Shown: positions 37,339-49,438, counted from the stretch's first letter. The stretch is DNA of 64,000 bases from an uncultured Acidobacteriota bacterium (GCA_963770895.1 CAVYRF010000002.1:1280001-1344000); one strand, 5' to 3'. The notes: a model not told the origin generated them from the letters alone. A program made the numbers and translations.

Positions 37339-40053
37339 CTATTCGCCGCGCAGGGTGTTGAGGGGATCGACGGCGGCGGCCCTTTGGGCGGGGCCGGCGC
37401 TGGCGCCCAGGCCGACACAGACCAGGACCAGGGTGGCGGCGGCGATGGTGGGGGCGTCCATGGAGTGGACGCCGAAGAGCTGACTTTCCACCAACCGGCC
37501 GAGCAGCCACGAAGCGGGGAGGGCGATGGCGATGCCGCCCACGGCCAGCGCGGCCGCCTCGCGCAGGATGAGGCCCAGGGCGGCGCGGCGCGGCGCGCCC
37601 AGGGCCAGCCGGATGCCGATTTCGCGGGTGCGGCTGGCGGCCGAAAACGAGAGGACGCCGTACAGGCCGATCATCGCCAGCAGGGTCGCCAGCACGGCGA
37701 AGCCGCCGGCCAGCGTGGCCAGCATGCGCTCGTTGGCCAGCATGCGATCCTGCTGGTCGTCCAAGGTGCGCAGCGACAGCACGGCGAGCGCCGGATCGAT
37801 GCGCCGCACGGCGGCGCGGATCAACGGAAAGACCACCGCCCTAGCGCTGCGGGTGCGGACGTAGTAGGTGGCCTCGGAGGCCCTGCCCGCCCACAGCGGG
37901 AAGAACACCTCGGGCTCCGTTTCGCGCAGGTGGTTGTCGTGGAAGTCCCTGACCACGCCGACGATCTCGGTATCCGGGACCGCGTCGGGGCCGTCGCCGA
38001 TTCCCAGCCGGGCGCCGAGCGGTTCTTCCCCCTGAAAATACTGGCGCACAAATTCCTGGTTGACGATCGCCACGTCGGGCGAGCGCAGCTTGCCATCGGC
38101 GCCGTATAGCGCATCCTGATCCTTGAAGTCGCGGCCGCGCACCAGAGGCGCACCCAGGGTGGCGAAGAAGCCTGGGCTGACCGAGTTCATCGGCAGGTCC
38201 TCGGTGACGAAGCGGCGCCGGCCGGCGACGGTCAGCGGGTTGTTCCAGCCGCCGCCGGTCAGCATCTCCCAGCGGGTGGCCCCCGCCAGCTCCACTTCGG
38301 GCAGCGCCTGGATGGCCGCCAGCACCTGCTTTTCGACGGGCTTGGCGCGCGTTTGCTGGTAGCCGCTGCTCTGCGGTTCCAGGCGGAACATCACCAGGTT
38401 GGCGGTCGCGTAGCCGGGTCCCTGCAGGCGCAGCGCACCCAGCGTGCGCACGAAGAGACCGGCGCCGACGAGCAGGATGAGGGCAAGGGCAAACTGGCCG
38501 ACGACCAGCGCCCGGCGCAGGCCGAAGCCGCCGGCGACCGTCGACCAGCGCTGCCTGAGCGCCGACGCCGGCGAGACCGAGGTGGCATACAGGGCCGGCG
38601 CCGCACCCGAAAACAGCGCCGTCAGCACGGTGACCACCAGCGCGAACCCCAGCACGCGCAGATCCAGGTCCGGGCGCAGCGCCATGCTGACGGCGGCCCC
38701 GGTGCCGGTGCCGCCGCCGGCGGCCGGCAGGAAGGTGAGGATGCCGCGGCTGACCAGCGGCGCCAGCAGCAGGCCGGCGCCGCTGCCGAGCACGGCCAGC
38801 ACGCAACTTTCGATCAGCTGCTCGGCAAGGATGCGGCGGCGCCAGGCTCCCAGCGCCACGCGCGTCGCGATCTCCTGGCGGCGGGCCAGCGTCTTGGCGA
38901 GCGACAGGTTGGCAACGTTCAGGCAGGCCAGCAGCAGGATGAGCGCGGTCGCCGCCAGCAGGATCAGGATCGGCTGGCGCATCTGGCGCCGCAGGTCCGA
39001 GCGGCCTTGCGCCGCCGGCAGCAGGTCCAGGGTGGACGCCATGTAGGCCTTCAGCTGCGCCGGCGTCACCGGCGGCCATCCTTCGCGCCGCGTGTCCGCC
39101 GCCAGGTACGACTTGAACCACACCTGCAGGCGCGCCCGCGCCTGGTCCGGCGCGATGCCGGGCCGCAGGCGGCCGAAGACGTGCAGCCAGCGGGTGCGCC
39201 GGTCGAAGAGCCCGTCCCAGCTGGGAGTGGCCTGACGCTTCATCATGATCGGCAGCCACAGCGCCGGCGCGGCACCCCAATCGACGCCGTGGAAGCCCGG
39301 CGCGGCGACGCCGACGACAACCATGGGATGGCTGTTGACCAGCACGCGCCGGCCGGCAACCCGGGGATCGGCGCCCAGGCGGCTGCGCCAGTAGTCGTAG
39401 GACAGGACGACCACGGGTTGGCCGTCCGGCACCAGGTCGTCGCCGTCGTCGAGCAGGCGGCCCAGCGCCGGCCGCACGCCCAGGGTCTTGAAGTACGAGC
39501 CCGAAACCAGCTCGGCGCCGACCGGCTCGGCCTGGCGCCCGGTCGCCAGCTGCACCGGCGCCGGACAGTGCGCGAACATGTCCGAAAAGACGTCGTTCTG
39601 CTGCCGCAGCTCGCGGTAGAACTGGTGCGGGAACAGGTTGTCGGTGCCGACGCCGCCGCCCACAAAAGCGCCGTGCCAATCGAGCAGCACCAGCTGGTCG
39701 GGCCTGGCGACCGGCAGCGCGCGCAGCAGGGCCTGGTCGGCAAGCGAAAAAATCGCCGTGTTGAAGCCGATGCCCAGCGCCAGCGAAACCACGACGATCG
39801 CCGCCGCGACGGGCGCGCCCAGGATCTGCTTGCCGGCATGCCGGACGTCCCGCCGCAGGTGATCGAGCCACATCCAGCGCCCCGCTTCGTAGAAGCGCTC
39901 GCGGCTGCGCGTCACGTTGCCAAAGGCGCGGCGGGCGGCGGCCAGCGCCTGCCGCCGGCTCATCCCATCGGCGACCAGGCGGTCGGCTTCGATCTCGATG
40001 TGGGCCTCGATCTCGCGCTGAAAATCCTCATCGCTGCGCCGCCTTCCCATCAT
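37339..40053 (-). CDS. ADOP-type duplicated MacB/FtsX ABC permease (orphan)
   Basis: EIEAHIEIE...ARRAFGN prefix, SLALGIG.NTAIFS, and two FtsX halves (LLACLNVANL; GLYGVLSF...REIGIRLALGA). Confidence 0.9.
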   Translation of the reverse strand: MMGRRRSDEDFQREIEAHIEIEADRLVADGMSRRQALAAARRAFGNVTRSRERFYEAGRWMWLDHLRRDVRHAGKQILGAPVAAAIVVVSLALGIGFNTAIFSLADQALLRALPVARPDQLVLLDWHGAFVGGGVGTDNLFPHQFYRELRQQNDVFSDMFAHCPAPVQLATGRQAEPVGAELVSGSYFKTLGVRPALGRLLDDGDDLVPDGQPVVVLSYDYWRSRLGADPRVAGRRVLVNSHPMVVVGVAAPGFHGVDWGAAPALWLPIMMKRQATPSWDGLFDRRTRWLHVFGRLRPGIAPDQARARLQVWFKSYLAADTRREGWPPVTPAQLKAYMASTLDLLPAAQGRSDLRRQMRQPILILLAATALILLLACLNVANLSLAKTLARRQEIATRVALGAWRRRILAEQLIESCVLAVLGSGAGLLLAPLVSRGILTFLPAAGGGTGTGAAVSMALRPDLDLRVLGFALVVTVLTALFSGAAPALYATSVSPASALRQRWSTVAGGFGLRRALVVGQFALALILLVGAGLFVRTLGALRLQGPGYATANLVMFRLEPQSSGYQQTRAKPVEKQVLAAIQALPEVELAGATRWEMLTGGGWNNPLTVAGRRRFVTEDLPMNSVSPGFFATLGAPLVRGRDFKDQDALYGADGKLRSPDVAIVNQEFVRQYFQGEEPLGARLGIGDGPDAVPDTEIVGVVRDFHDNHLRETEPEVFFPLWAGRASEATYYVRTRSARAVVFPLIRAAVRRIDPALAVLSLRTLDDQQDRMLANERMLATLAGGFAVLATLLAMIGLYGVLSFSAASRTREIGIRLALGAPRRAALGLILREAAALAVGGIAIALPASWLLGRLVESQLFGVHSMDAPTIAAATLVLVCVGLGASAGPAQRAAAVDPLNTLRGE

Positions 40054-40115
40054 CGCCTGGCTCCTCGCACCCAGCGCCCGCGCGCCGTGGCTCGCCGTGA
40101 ACAGGCCGCGGCAGC

Positions 40116-40138
40116 CTTGGGTAGAATGTCAACCCAAG
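40116..40138. promoter_or_regulatory. Palindromic operator upstream of the ADOP permease
   Basis: CTTGGGTAGA-ATG-TCAACCCAAG: 10-bp arms with 1 mismatch, overlapping a TTGACA on the minus strand. Confidence 0.6.
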
Positions 40139-40230
40139 TGTATACGGGTGCCGCCCGGCCCAGGTTTCAGCTGGGGGCGCCCCAGATCCAACCGGCACCT
40201 GGGGCGGGCTGCTCGCGCCCAGGCCTTGGC

Positions 40231-40599
40231 TCAGGTGAGGCCGGTAGTGTGGCGGGCGACCGCACCGCGCACGATGGCGAGGTTGGACGAGGAGCGGTCT
40301 GCCGCCAGATAGAGGAACGATGCCGTGCCGACCAGGCGGATCATGTGGATCTGATCGCTCAAGGTCATCAGGATCTCCTCGAGCGTCGATTTGAGGTTGA
40401 GCGAGTTGATGATCTTGTACTTCTGCTTGACGATCTCGCTGTTGAACGCGCTGGCCGCCGCCAGGTCGAAGTCGGACCGCACCGACTTGACGGCGAGCGT
40501 CATGCCCGACTCCAGATCGACCAGCGAGCAGCCGATGAAACCAGGGATATCAGCTTGGATCTTGTCGAAGATCGCGAGTACTTCTCGTTCGGATGCCAT
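40231..40599 (-). CDS. Roadblock/LC7 (MglB-like) protein 3
   Basis: IPGFIGCSLVDLESGM..., LEEILMTLSDQIHMIR, FLYLAADRSSSNLA. Confidence 0.75.
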   Translation of the reverse strand: MASEREVLAIFDKIQADIPGFIGCSLVDLESGMTLAVKSVRSDFDLAAASAFNSEIVKQKYKIINSLNLKSTLEEILMTLSDQIHMIRLVGTASFLYLAADRSSSNLAIVRGAVARHTTGLT

Positions 40600-40674
40600 C
40601 GAAGCGCCTCCCTTCCTCTTTGCCGCTGCCCCGCTCCGAGTGGCGCAGGGAAACCGCACCGCCCGGTGCGTGCG

Positions 40675-41040
40675 TCACATGACTAGCGAGCTTTCCGCCT
40701 CGGCGAGCCGCATGCGCGCCATGGCGAGGTTGCTCTTGCCCCGGTCGAGCACAAGATAGGCGAAAAGGCCGTCCTTGGCCGCGAGCGGGCGGATCAGATG
40801 GTACTGCTTGCCCAGGGTGATCAGGATATCTTCGATCGAATCCTTGAGGCCCATCGAAATCATGGTCTTGCGCTTGGCACGCACGACCTCGGTGTTGCCG
40901 GCCGCCGCCACCTCCAGATTCAGGCCGCCGCCACCGCCTTCGGCGGCGAGCATCATGCCGCTGGTGCTGTCAACGATACAGGCACCCATGAACCCGTCCA
41001 ACGTCGACAGGTGCGTCAGGGTTTCCCTCAGGTTCGCCAT
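40675..41040 (-). CDS. Roadblock/LC7 (MglB-like) protein 2
   Basis: DGFMGACIVDSTSGM, AAAGNTEVVRAK, IEDILITLGKQYHLIRP, YLVLDRGKSNLAMAR. Confidence 0.8.
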   Translation of the reverse strand: MANLRETLTHLSTLDGFMGACIVDSTSGMMLAAEGGGGGLNLEVAAAGNTEVVRAKRKTMISMGLKDSIEDILITLGKQYHLIRPLAAKDGLFAYLVLDRGKSNLAMARMRLAEAESSLVM

Positions 41041-41134
41041 CGCGCCATCCCGCCTTTCGTCTTGCGGCTTGCGCCGCACGGTTGGACATGCCCGTCCTTC
41101 ATGGTCAGCACCGGCTGCGACGTACCACCCTCGA

Positions 41135-41566
41135 TCACGGCACCAGCGGTTCGACGTGCGGAATGGCCGAGCGCAGCTGCGCCCAACCCAGGCCCAGGCA
41201 GGTGGTCTTGCGCGTCACCAGCATCATCGCCGCCTTGCCGTCGCAGATGGTCTTGGCGAAGTGGTAATGGTGCTCCGAAGTGACGTGGACCTCGTGCAGG
41301 CAGCGATTTGTGGACGTCGCGCCGGTGACGGCGAGGGCATCGTAGCCAGCGCAGGGAGCCTGCACCAGCTGCGCCAAGCGGCCGATGGCGCTACCTCGGA
41401 ACAGGCGGGTTGCGGCCGCCGCCACGGCCTGATCCATCGGTTGCGTGCAATCGGGCGCGTTGTGGATGCCAAGCAGCGCGCCGCTCGCAAGGTCCACCAC
41501 GCCGCAGGCCACCGCGCCATCGACGCCAGCGACCACCTCCCTGCACGAGTCGTCGATCTTGCTCAC
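41135..41566 (-). CDS. Roadblock/LC7-like protein 1 (divergent)
   Basis: VDGAVACGVVDLASGALLG...EVHVTSEHHYHF...LGLGWAQLR. Confidence 0.7.
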   Translation of the reverse strand: MSKIDDSCREVVAGVDGAVACGVVDLASGALLGIHNAPDCTQPMDQAVAAAATRLFRGSAIGRLAQLVQAPCAGYDALAVTGATSTNRCLHEVHVTSEHHYHFAKTICDGKAAMMLVTRKTTCLGLGWAQLRSAIPHVEPLVP

Positions 41567-41569
41567 CGC

Positions 41570-42910
41570 TCAACTCCCTTCTTCACCGGGTTTGAGCGCC
41601 CGCACCATGCGCGCCAGGGTGGCGAATTGCAGATGAAACCACGACGCGGCGGCCGGCTCGGGCAGCGCCGACGCGACGACCAGCGCGTCGTCGTCCTGCC
41701 ACAGCAGGCCGACGAACAGCCGCTCGCCAACGTATTCGCAGGCACCGGCCGCCACGTGGCCGGCGAAGTCCATGGCCTGGGTCAACAGGTCAAGGCACAC
41801 CGGCGACCAGGACGGATCGCCTTCGCCGCGCAAGACCTGGATCGCACCGTCGGAAATGCGCAACGCCATCGCGAAGGCGGGTAGAGCGACGCCGCCCAGG
41901 GGATCGGCCTGGCTCCACCACCGGCACGGCAGAGGCAGATCCCGCTCGGCCTGTGCGGATATGGCCAGCGGCAGCGGCGCCCTGTCTGGCATCGGCGCCT
42001 TGTCGGAAGGCAACGCCTTGGCCGGCAGCGCGGCCTTGGCGGGCGGCTGCGCCTTGTCTGGCGGCTGCGCCTTATCTGGCGCCTGCGCCCTATCTAGCGG
42101 CTGCGCCCTATCTGGCGGCTGCGCCCTATCTGGCGGCTGCGCCCTATCTGGCGGCTGCGCCCTATCTGATACCGGCGCCTTGGCCGGCGACGGGACGTGC
42201 CGCGCCGCGGGCTGCCGCTGATCGTCCCGCCGGCGCTCGTCCGCCAGGCGGGCGGCTTCCATCAACAGCTCTGTCAGCCGGGCGCGCACGGTGCGCTCCG
42301 AGGTATGGCAGACGTGTTCGATGTCGATTTCAGGCGCTTCCCATTCACCCAGCCGCAGCACCGCCTGATCGCCGGTCAGGCCGTCGGCTTCGGCGTGGAC
42401 CAGTTCCCCGGCACGGATGCCGAGCACCGCCCGGCGCTCGTCCAGCCGCAGCGTCAGGGTGCAGGTCTTGCGCTCGATTTCGAGCAGCTGCAGGAAACCG
42501 AACAGCGTGATCCCTTCGAGATGGCCGCGGGTGCGCGGGCGCAGCGCTTCGTCGATGCGCAGATGCAGCGCTCGCAGGTCGATCGGCTTTTCCAGGTACC
42601 ACACGTCGCCGAGCAACCGCAGGTTGGCTTCCAGCTCCGGCGAGCCGTGCGCCGTCAGCACCAGCGCGGGTTTGCCAGGCTGCACGCGCATGTATTCCTG
42701 GAGCAGCTCGAAACCGCCGAGCACCGGCATGTGCAGGTCCGTGATCAGCAGATCGACCTGCTGGCACCGCAACAGCGCCAGCGCCTGGGCGCCGTCCGGC
42801 GCGGTCATCACGCTGAGGGCGCCACCGCGGACCGACAACGCTTCCGCCACGCTGGTGCGGAACAGCGCCTCGTCATCGACCAGCAAAATTCGTTTCGCTG
42901 TTTCGGTCAT
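41570..42910 (-). CDS. Response regulator: REC + DUF4388 (PatA_N-like) + repeat linker + C-terminal domain
   Basis: LLVDDE, TDLHMP, LTAHG and EKP motifs. GHLEGITLFGFLQLLEIERKTCTL...GELVHA...LLMEAARLADE. Confidence 0.85.
   Translation of the reverse strand: MTETAKRILLVDDEALFRTSVAEALSVRGGALSVMTAPDGAQALALLRCQQVDLLITDLHMPVLGGFELLQEYMRVQPGKPALVLTAHGSPELEANLRLLGDVWYLEKPIDLRALHLRIDEALRPRTRGHLEGITLFGFLQLLEIERKTCTLTLRLDERRAVLGIRAGELVHAEADGLTGDQAVLRLGEWEAPEIDIEHVCHTSERTVRARLTELLMEAARLADERRRDDQRQPAARHVPSPAKAPVSDRAQPPDRAQPPDRAQPPDRAQPLDRAQAPDKAQPPDKAQPPAKAALPAKALPSDKAPMPDRAPLPLAISAQAERDLPLPCRWWSQADPLGGVALPAFAMALRISDGAIQVLRGEGDPSWSPVCLDLLTQAMDFAGHVAAGACEYVGERLFVGLLWQDDDALVVASALPEPAAASWFHLQFATLARMVRALKPGEEGS
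42042..42167 (-). repeat. 7 x 18-bp tandem repeat encoding DRAQPP units
   Basis: GGCGGCTGCGCCCTATCT units at 42042, 42060, 42078, 42096, 42114, 42132 and 42150. Degenerate units extend to ~41970. Confidence 0.9.
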
Positions 42911-42942
42911 CGTAAGCTTCCACGCAATTGAACCATATCTTA

Positions 42943-42958
42943 AGCACGGATCGTGCCT
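42943..42958 (-). promoter_or_regulatory. Sigma54 (-24/-12) promoter
   Basis: Minus strand AGGCACGATCCGTGCT = GG-N10-GC, close to consensus TGGCACG-N4-TTGC. Lies 32 bp before the ATG at 42910. Confidence 0.7.
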
Positions 42959-43039
42959 ATCTGCGGCGGCTCAGAGCGATGGCGCGCCGCCATCCCGATT
43001 CGCTGTCGTAGCGGGCCGAAAGCGCGACTTGCCAGGCCA

Positions 43040-44538
<1,499 letters not shown>

Positions 44539-44542
<4 letters not shown>

Positions 44543-46389
44543 CGCGTCTCCTCTTCCAAGGATGGCAGCGACAGGGTGAACATGGTGCCGCTGCCGCGCT
44601 CGCTCTCCACGTCGATGATGCTGCTCATCTGACTGAGCAGCTTGCGGACGATCGTCAGGCCCAGACCGGTGCCGCCGGCCTTGGTGGTGAAGAAGGGCTT
44701 GAACAGGTTGGCCAGATCCGCGGCGGCGACGCCACAGCCGTTGTCCTGGACCACCACCTCCAGCCGCCGGCCGCGCCGCCGCCCGGCGATGCGCACCCGC
44801 GGCTCCTGGCTGCCGGCCACGGCGTCGGCGGCATTGGTCACCAGGTTGAGCAGGGCCTGGCTGAAGGCGCGCGGATCGACGTGCACCTGCCCCAGATCGG
44901 CTTCGATCTGGGTTTCGAGCACGATGCCGCGCCGCTCCAGGTCGCCGCGCACCAGGTTGGCAAAATCGTTCAGATAGCGGGCGGCGGCGACCGGTTCCAG
45001 GCGAGGGCGCTCGAAGGCGCCGAAGCTCTTGAAGGCGCGCAGCAGATATTCCATGCGCGCGATCTCGGCCAGCGACCGCTCCAGGTACGACGACACCATT
45101 TCGGGCGGGTAGTGGGCAAGGTTCTGGTGCAGCACGGTGAGCGCCGTCTTGACCGAATTGATCGGGTTGCCGAGCTCGTGGCGCAAGGTGGCGAAGACGA
45201 AGCCGACCTGGTCGACCATGTTGACGGCATCCGCGATCGCCTCCAGCCGCCGCGGCTCGGTGACGTCGCGGGCGACGCAGACAAAATGCGTGGTGGCACC
45301 GCTTTCGGTGCGCACCGGCGCCACGTCGGCTTCGATCTGGTGCACCGACCCGTCGGGCCCGATCGCCGCGAAGGTGCCGCGCCAGACGCGTCCGGCGAGC
45401 ACCGCGGCGAGGATCGGCCGCAACTCCTGGCGCGGCGCGAGCGGCATGCTGAAGGCGCGCCGTGCGACCAGCCGTTCGGCGTCCAGGCCGGCGGCATTGC
45501 GGTAGGCCGGGTTGGCGTAGAGCAGCTCGCCATTGCGGCTGACGATGAGCAGCATTTCGCCGGTCTGCTCGATCGCCGCCGACAGGCGCCGGGCTTCTTC
45601 CTCGAAACGCCGCCGCTGCGTAACATTGGCGATTACGTGCGCCCAGGCGGCGCCGCGCCGCGCCAGGCCGCGCAGCTGGACATTCGAGATCTCGAACCAG
45701 TCGGCACAGCCGGGGAACTGCGCCGTCACCTGCTCCTTGCGGAAGTTGCCGGCGTCGGCGTCCGCCCCCGGTCCGAAAAAAGCGCTGTGGAGGTCACGGC
45801 CGATCAGCGAGCGGAAGGGCAGGCCGAGAAAGCGCGAGGCGGCCAGGTTGCAGCGGGCGATCCTGCCTTCGGAGTCCTCCAGCACGATCATGTCCTTGAC
45901 GGAATCGACGGTGGCGCACCATTCGTCGCGCAGGCGGCCAAGGTCGTCCTGGGTTGCCTTGAGCTCGCTGATGTCGAGGATCAGGCCGTTCCAGGTCTGG
46001 CCTCCGTCAGGCAGCGGCGGATCCGGCACCGCGTGCAGGCGCAGCCAGCGCACGGCGCCGTGCGAGCGGACGCGGAATTCTGCGGTACAGGTGTTGCCGG
46101 AAGTCGTAGCGTCGTCGAGAGCCGCGGTGAGAGCGGCGCGGTCCGCTTCGACCAGACCGTGGGCCAGCGCCTCAAGGTCGGTGGTGACCGGCGCCGGCAC
46201 GCTGTCGCAGGCGCGGTCGAAGATCTGGCCGGCGCCAGCGCTCATGAACAGCAGCCGGCCCTGGCGCAGTCCCAGGCGATGAAACTGAAAAATTGCTCCT
46301 GGAACGGCTTCGACGGCACGAGCCAAGCTTTGGTGGCCGCCGGCGGCCACGGACAACTCGCGATGAGATGAACCTTCAGCCCAAGCCAT
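44539..46389 (-). CDS. Cytoplasmic multi-PAS sensor histidine kinase
   Basis: Three PAS/PAC-like repeats, H-box RHELGNP, NLVTNAADA, DNGCG, PFFTTK and GTGLGL. Start uncertain (46389 or 46419). Confidence 0.9.
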
Positions 46390-46558
46390 TGCAGTCTTTG
46401 CTCGAAAAAAGCCCGCCAAAGAGCGCGTATTTCGCGGTGGCGCAGCCGCAGAGACTTTATGTCTTCATTCTACAGTAGTTGAACGCATGAAACCAGAGCT
46501 TTGTCGTCAACGCCACCGGGGTATGACAAACGATGGATCTGTGATGCACGCCGGAGGG

Positions 46559-47302
46559 TCATTCGACCTCGAAGTTCACGGTCAGGTTGAAGTACACCTT
46601 GACCGGCACGCCGTGCAGGGTTCCAGGGGTGAACTTCCACTGGCGAACGGCCTTCACGGCCTCCTCGTCGAGCCCCAGGCGGAGCGGCTTGATCAGCACC
46701 ACGTCGATGACGTTGCCCTGCTCGTCGATGGTGGCCTGCAGGACCACCGCTCCTTGCAGGCGTACCTTGCGCGCCCTCTCGGTATACAGCGGCTGCACGC
46801 GCCGGATCACCTGCGGCCGGCTGATCGGGCCACCCACCGCGAGCGGCGCGTCGCCTGACCGGTCGCCGTGGGCGCCTGAACCACTGTCGCTACCCATGCC
46901 GAAAGGATCGCTGCCGTCGCCGTCGGCGGGTCCGCTTGCCGACGGTTGCAGCGGCGACACCGCCGGCACGTCGGCCGGCGGCAGCTCGGAGTGCGGCGTG
47001 ATCGCGGCCAGCTGGGCCGCCGGCGGCTGAGGCGTGGTGGGCGCCGCGGGCACCGTGGAATGCGACGCCGGGCTCGGCCTGGCGGCGGCCGGCGGCCGGC
47101 TCGCCGCCGGCAGCAGCGGCGGCGGCAGCTGCACCTGGAACACGTCGTTTGTCGGCGGCTCCGCCACCGCCTCCACGTGCCACAGCTGGATCGCCGCCAG
47201 GGTGGCGACGGCCAGCGCGTGCGCGACGACGGAGGACGTCAGGATGACCCAGATCTGCTTGCGGTTGCGCCGGCGCGGAGCGCTATAGGAGCTGGTGAAC
47301 AT
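46559..47302 (-). CDS. TonB family protein
   Basis: TM anchor SVVAHA, Pro-rich linker and TonB_C (PLYTERARK..QGAVVL...AVKAVRQWKFTPG). Confidence 0.88.
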   Translation of the reverse strand: MFTSSYSAPRRRNRKQIWVILTSSVVAHALAVATLAAIQLWHVEAVAEPPTNDVFQVQLPPPLLPAASRPPAAARPSPASHSTVPAAPTTPQPPAAQLAAITPHSELPPADVPAVSPLQPSASGPADGDGSDPFGMGSDSGSGAHGDRSGDAPLAVGGPISRPQVIRRVQPLYTERARKVRLQGAVVLQATIDEQGNVIDVVLIKPLRLGLDEEAVKAVRQWKFTPGTLHGVPVKVYFNLTVNFEVE

Positions 47303-47560
47303 CGGAGCCTCCCCGGCGGCGGTTGGCGCGTCCCCTGGATGCGGCGGAGGCGCTGGTAACGGTGCCGCCTGCTTGAATTGGAGGGCCGAGTCGCAACGAA
47401 GGTTCCCGACGGCAGGCCGGTAAATGGCCTACATGGAACCGAGCACACTCGCCGCTATTGCGCCCGCACCGACACGCCGTAGATTGAATCGCAACAGAGA
47501 GCCCGCGGTACCGGCCAGTCCCGAGACCGACCGCATGCCTGCAACCAGAGGAGCGCGCCC

Positions 47561-48892
47561 ATGTCCACTCAAACCCCAAACCCGCGCCCGCCTGATTCCA
47601 CCGGCACCCAGTCGCAGGTTGCCGCTGGCGATCAAGCGGCAGGGCAGACGCTGAAGCTCGTGGTGCAACGCAACCGCGCCCTGGCCTACACCGTTGCCGG
47701 CGCGGTGACCCTGCTCGACAAGCTGATGGGGATCGGCCGGTTCGACTATGTCTTGAGCCTCGCGGCCCTCGGCCTCGGCTATCTGACCGTCCTGGCGTTC
47801 GTGGCCGAGGAGCGGCGGCAGCGGCGACGGGGCCGGCCACGCGACGTGGAGGTCTGGTGGATCAGCTGCGACGCGATTCTCATCACCGCCATGATCTGGC
47901 TGACCGGCGGCGTGGCAAGCCCGTGGTTTCTTTGGTATCTCGCCTGCGCCGGCGCGGCGGCCGCTCACTGCAGTCTGCGCGTGTCGATGGTTGGCGCCGG
48001 CTTGACCAGCGTGCTGTACCTGGCCACCCTCGCGGCTATGGGGCAGATCCGCGGTTTGGACGCCGGACTGTTCCACGCCGCCTCGAACCTGCTGTTCCTG
48101 CTCGGCTCGTCGCTGTTCCTGCTGTTCAACACGCGACAGCTGCGGGGGAGCGTGGTGCTCAACCGGCAGCTCAAGCGCCAGGCCGTCGAGCGCGTCGAGG
48201 AGCTGACGCGCATGACTCGCGAGCTGGAGGAAATGAGCAGCCTGCTCCAGGACTTCACCGAGAAGGACCCGCTCACGGACCTGCACAACCGGCGTTACTT
48301 CACCAAGCACATAGCCACCCAGGCCGCGCGTTTCGCGTCCGACCGCCGCTTTGCGGAACACCAGCGCACGACCGGCATCCTCATGCTCGATCTCGACCGT
48401 TTCAAGCCGATCAACGACACATATGGCCACTCCGCAGGTGATCAGCTGCTCAAGCATCTCGCCCAGGTGCTGCGCAGCTGCGTGCGTAGCGACGACCGCA
48501 TCGTGCGTTGGGGCGGCGACGAATTCGTGATCCTGGTGCCGCAGACGCCGGAGGAGGCGATCGGCGAAATGGCAGAGCGCATCGTCAATGCGGTCAGGTC
48601 GCAGCCGGTCGAGTTGGCCGACGGAGCCCGCCTGGCTCTCTCCTGCAGCGTCGGTTGGTCGGTGATCGATTGGCGGGCGGCGGCGGGCGAGGCGGAGTTG
48701 CCCTGGGAAAGCGCCATGGCGGCCGCCGACCAGGCGCTCTACCTGTGCAAGGCAGCGGGAGGTAGCTGCAACCATTTCCTGCCGGCAGCGCGCCAGCACA
48801 GCCCTGCGACGCAACCGGTTGCGGACGGCGGCGCCGCCGAAAAGGTCGCCAGCCCAGCGGCGAGCCACCCCGCGCACAGGTCCGCCGCGTGA
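47561..48892 (+). CDS. Membrane diguanylate cyclase
   Basis: TM region, DPLTDLHNRR, DLDRFKPINDTYGH, RxxD I-site (RSDD) and GGDEF. Confidence 0.9.
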   Translation: MSTQTPNPRPPDSTGTQSQVAAGDQAAGQTLKLVVQRNRALAYTVAGAVTLLDKLMGIGRFDYVLSLAALGLGYLTVLAFVAEERRQRRRGRPRDVEVWWISCDAILITAMIWLTGGVASPWFLWYLACAGAAAAHCSLRVSMVGAGLTSVLYLATLAAMGQIRGLDAGLFHAASNLLFLLGSSLFLLFNTRQLRGSVVLNRQLKRQAVERVEELTRMTRELEEMSSLLQDFTEKDPLTDLHNRRYFTKHIATQAARFASDRRFAEHQRTTGILMLDLDRFKPINDTYGHSAGDQLLKHLAQVLRSCVRSDDRIVRWGGDEFVILVPQTPEEAIGEMAERIVNAVRSQPVELADGARLALSCSVGWSVIDWRAAAGEAELPWESAMAAADQALYLCKAAGGSCNHFLPAARQHSPATQPVADGGAAEKVASPAASHPAHRSAA

Positions 48893-48951
48893 TTCCGGCA
48901 TTCGCCAGGCATTGAACAATGGACGCTTTTGCAAGCAAGGAGTGGTCGCCA

Positions 48952-49365
48952 ATGTCTACGCAATTCATGCCCCTGCTCTCCTCACTGCTCACCGGACTGA
49001 TCGCCATCGCGGTCCTCGTCCTGAGCCGGCGCAGAGAGGACCGGATCGCCGAAGCCTCTCGGCTCGGCGAGTCTCAGCTGAGCATTCGCGAAAAAAGAGC
49101 CCTCCAGTGCGCACGCCTGATCGGTGCGGCGGATCTGTTGGTGCAGGGTGACGGCCTGGAGAAAACCAGGGCAAACCTGGACGACGCCCACGACATGCTC
49201 CTGCTGCTCGGTCCGGAAGACCTGGCGAGCACTGCCGCGGAGCTGGTGGCGGTATCCCGGCAGGAGGGTTTCGTCTCCTCTGCCTACACCAAGGCGCGGG
49301 CCGATTTCTATCGCGCCGCCAACCGGACCCTCGGCTACTGCCAGCGTCGATCCCTGCAAGCGTGA
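48952..49365 (+). CDS. Hypothetical protein with N-terminal TM helix
   Basis: AAGGAG RBS and hydrophobic N-terminus. Confidence 0.55.
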   Translation: MSTQFMPLLSSLLTGLIAIAVLVLSRRREDRIAEASRLGESQLSIREKRALQCARLIGAADLLVQGDGLEKTRANLDDAHDMLLLLGPEDLASTAAELVAVSRQEGFVSSAYTKARADFYRAANRTLGYCQRRSLQA

Positions 49366-49438
49366 GCGCCCAAGCGGCCGCCGCAGGGCGAAACCCGCGG
49401 CGCAGGTTGCCGTAGTGGGGAGCAGGAGGATGCACACC

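Noticed and set aside
37339-40053. ADOP permease as exporter for the nearby peptide precursor
   Set aside because: Separated by sucA, and such permeases are typically multi-copy in this lineage. No evidence of linkage.
42042-42167. Tandem repeat as a CRISPR array
   Set aside because: No spacers, in-frame within a CDS, and no cas genes.
47401-47440. Hairpin GGTTCC...AGGCC-GGTAAAT-GGCCT...GGAACC upstream of the diguanylate cyclase as a c-di-GMP riboswitch
   Set aside because: Lacks the GNRA loop/receptor and conserved junction residues. Short stems are common here.
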